From positions 1 through 49,266 of the forward strand of contig JAUCBJ010005134.1 in the NCBI GenBank assembly GCA_032718475.1: a stretch of 49,266 nt of DNA. Direction: 5' to 3'. How positions within the stretch are numbered: position 1 is the stretch's first letter; each line of letters begins with the position of its first letter. Origin of the DNA: Nemertoderma westbladi. Lineage: Eukaryota; Animalia; Xenacoelomorpha. A program made the position numbers and the translations under genes. Of the stretch, positions 48,251 to 49,266 are shown piece after piece. The notes below the pieces were generated by a model. It saw nothing but the letters and a program-made list of their open reading frames with translations, ran no database searches and was not told the DNA's origin.

Positions 48251-49266
48251 TGAATTATTGAATTATTTTTGTCACAAAAAAAATAACTGACAGTCGAATT
48301 GCTGGTTCATATCAAATTAGTATTAGTGAAACAGTAGGGCGGATAAAGCACAAGTTTACGACATTGTTTTGGCGATAGGGAACCAGTCAGCAATCTGCAC
48401 TGTAAGTAGGCCTAGGCTTATTGTAGGCCTAGCTTACCTCAGTTCTACTGTAGTTCCATCAGATTTAGATCGAAGCTAATGTAATTGAAATGGTTTTTCG
48501 GCAATCACACTATTAAATGGTAAGAGGGCCGTTCCAAAGCTTTTAGAGTAGGCCTAATCACAATAGGCTTGACTGGAAGATTATTCTCTCTAACCGAATT
48601 GTCTCATGACCACTAAATGAAATTAGTTACAAGAGGTTTGCGTGGATTTGATCTTTTTAAAGATTCTCAGTTGTTATCCGCGAACCGGGTCCCATCTCGG
48701 ATTAGTTCTTGTGGCGGTTATATTTATTTCGTTGTTGTTTGTTCAGGATTGTAACAATGTCATGGTCCATCAACACAATGTCATAGAAGAACAACATGAT
48801 ACAGTATGATCCAAACGCATAATAGGTAGGCCTACAGACAGACAGATGAAGGGCCCAACAACAACGATAAATCATCCATATCTGCGATGAATCCATCAAA
48901 GGACTCATTATCCAATCATTAATGCGCAATTGGCATTGCACCTGCCTATGATGCCAATGTACTGGTGACCAGGTATAATAAGTAAAATGCAAAATATAAA
49001 ACAAAAACATTAAAACAATATTACATCTGCTATTTCTCAAATTAATATCGGTTTTTTTTACAGATTTGCAGTTGGTCACGGTAGGTATAGGCCTGTGTCA
49101 GGTTCCCAACAATGTGTTGATACATTTAATCGATTTGATCTCGAATTCTGGTTGTTGTACTCAACAAGGATATACAGTATACGCAGCTTCACTGTGCTGG
49201 AAGGCTGCATTATTAACTCTACGCAACTCTGTACCCGCCTCAAGATATTATACAATTATTTAATTT

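Overview
Repeat-rich genomic DNA from an invertebrate animal (spliceosomal GT-AG introns, no prokaryotic features). Two host genes are present. A CD63-like tetraspanin lies on the minus strand (six coding exons traced, 12307->1354; last exon probably outside the window). An intronless UCH-L1/L3-type deubiquitinase lies at 45718-46422 (+). The rest is mobile DNA: two decayed RTE-type LINEs, hAT, PIF and CACT-type MITEs, tRNA-derived SINEs, three Helentron/HINE-like elements, minisatellites and a 3'-truncated Mag-like Ty3/gypsy element. Two elements stand out. (1) A 9.4-kb BEL/Pao LTR element (16945-26367, -) has no recognisable RT/RNase H/integrase and no tRNA PBS. In the env position it carries a ~850-codon decayed ORF with a WRN/Mut-7-type DEDDy 3'-5' exonuclease and tandem Zn knuckles. 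(2) An apparently intact, spliced Academ-like transposase gene (824 aa) converges on a spliced PHD-finger gene (411 aa). The first intron of the PHD gene holds a HINE with a ~146-bp-periodic array of CTCF-like motifs. All family assignments come from motif recognition by eye; no database searches were run.
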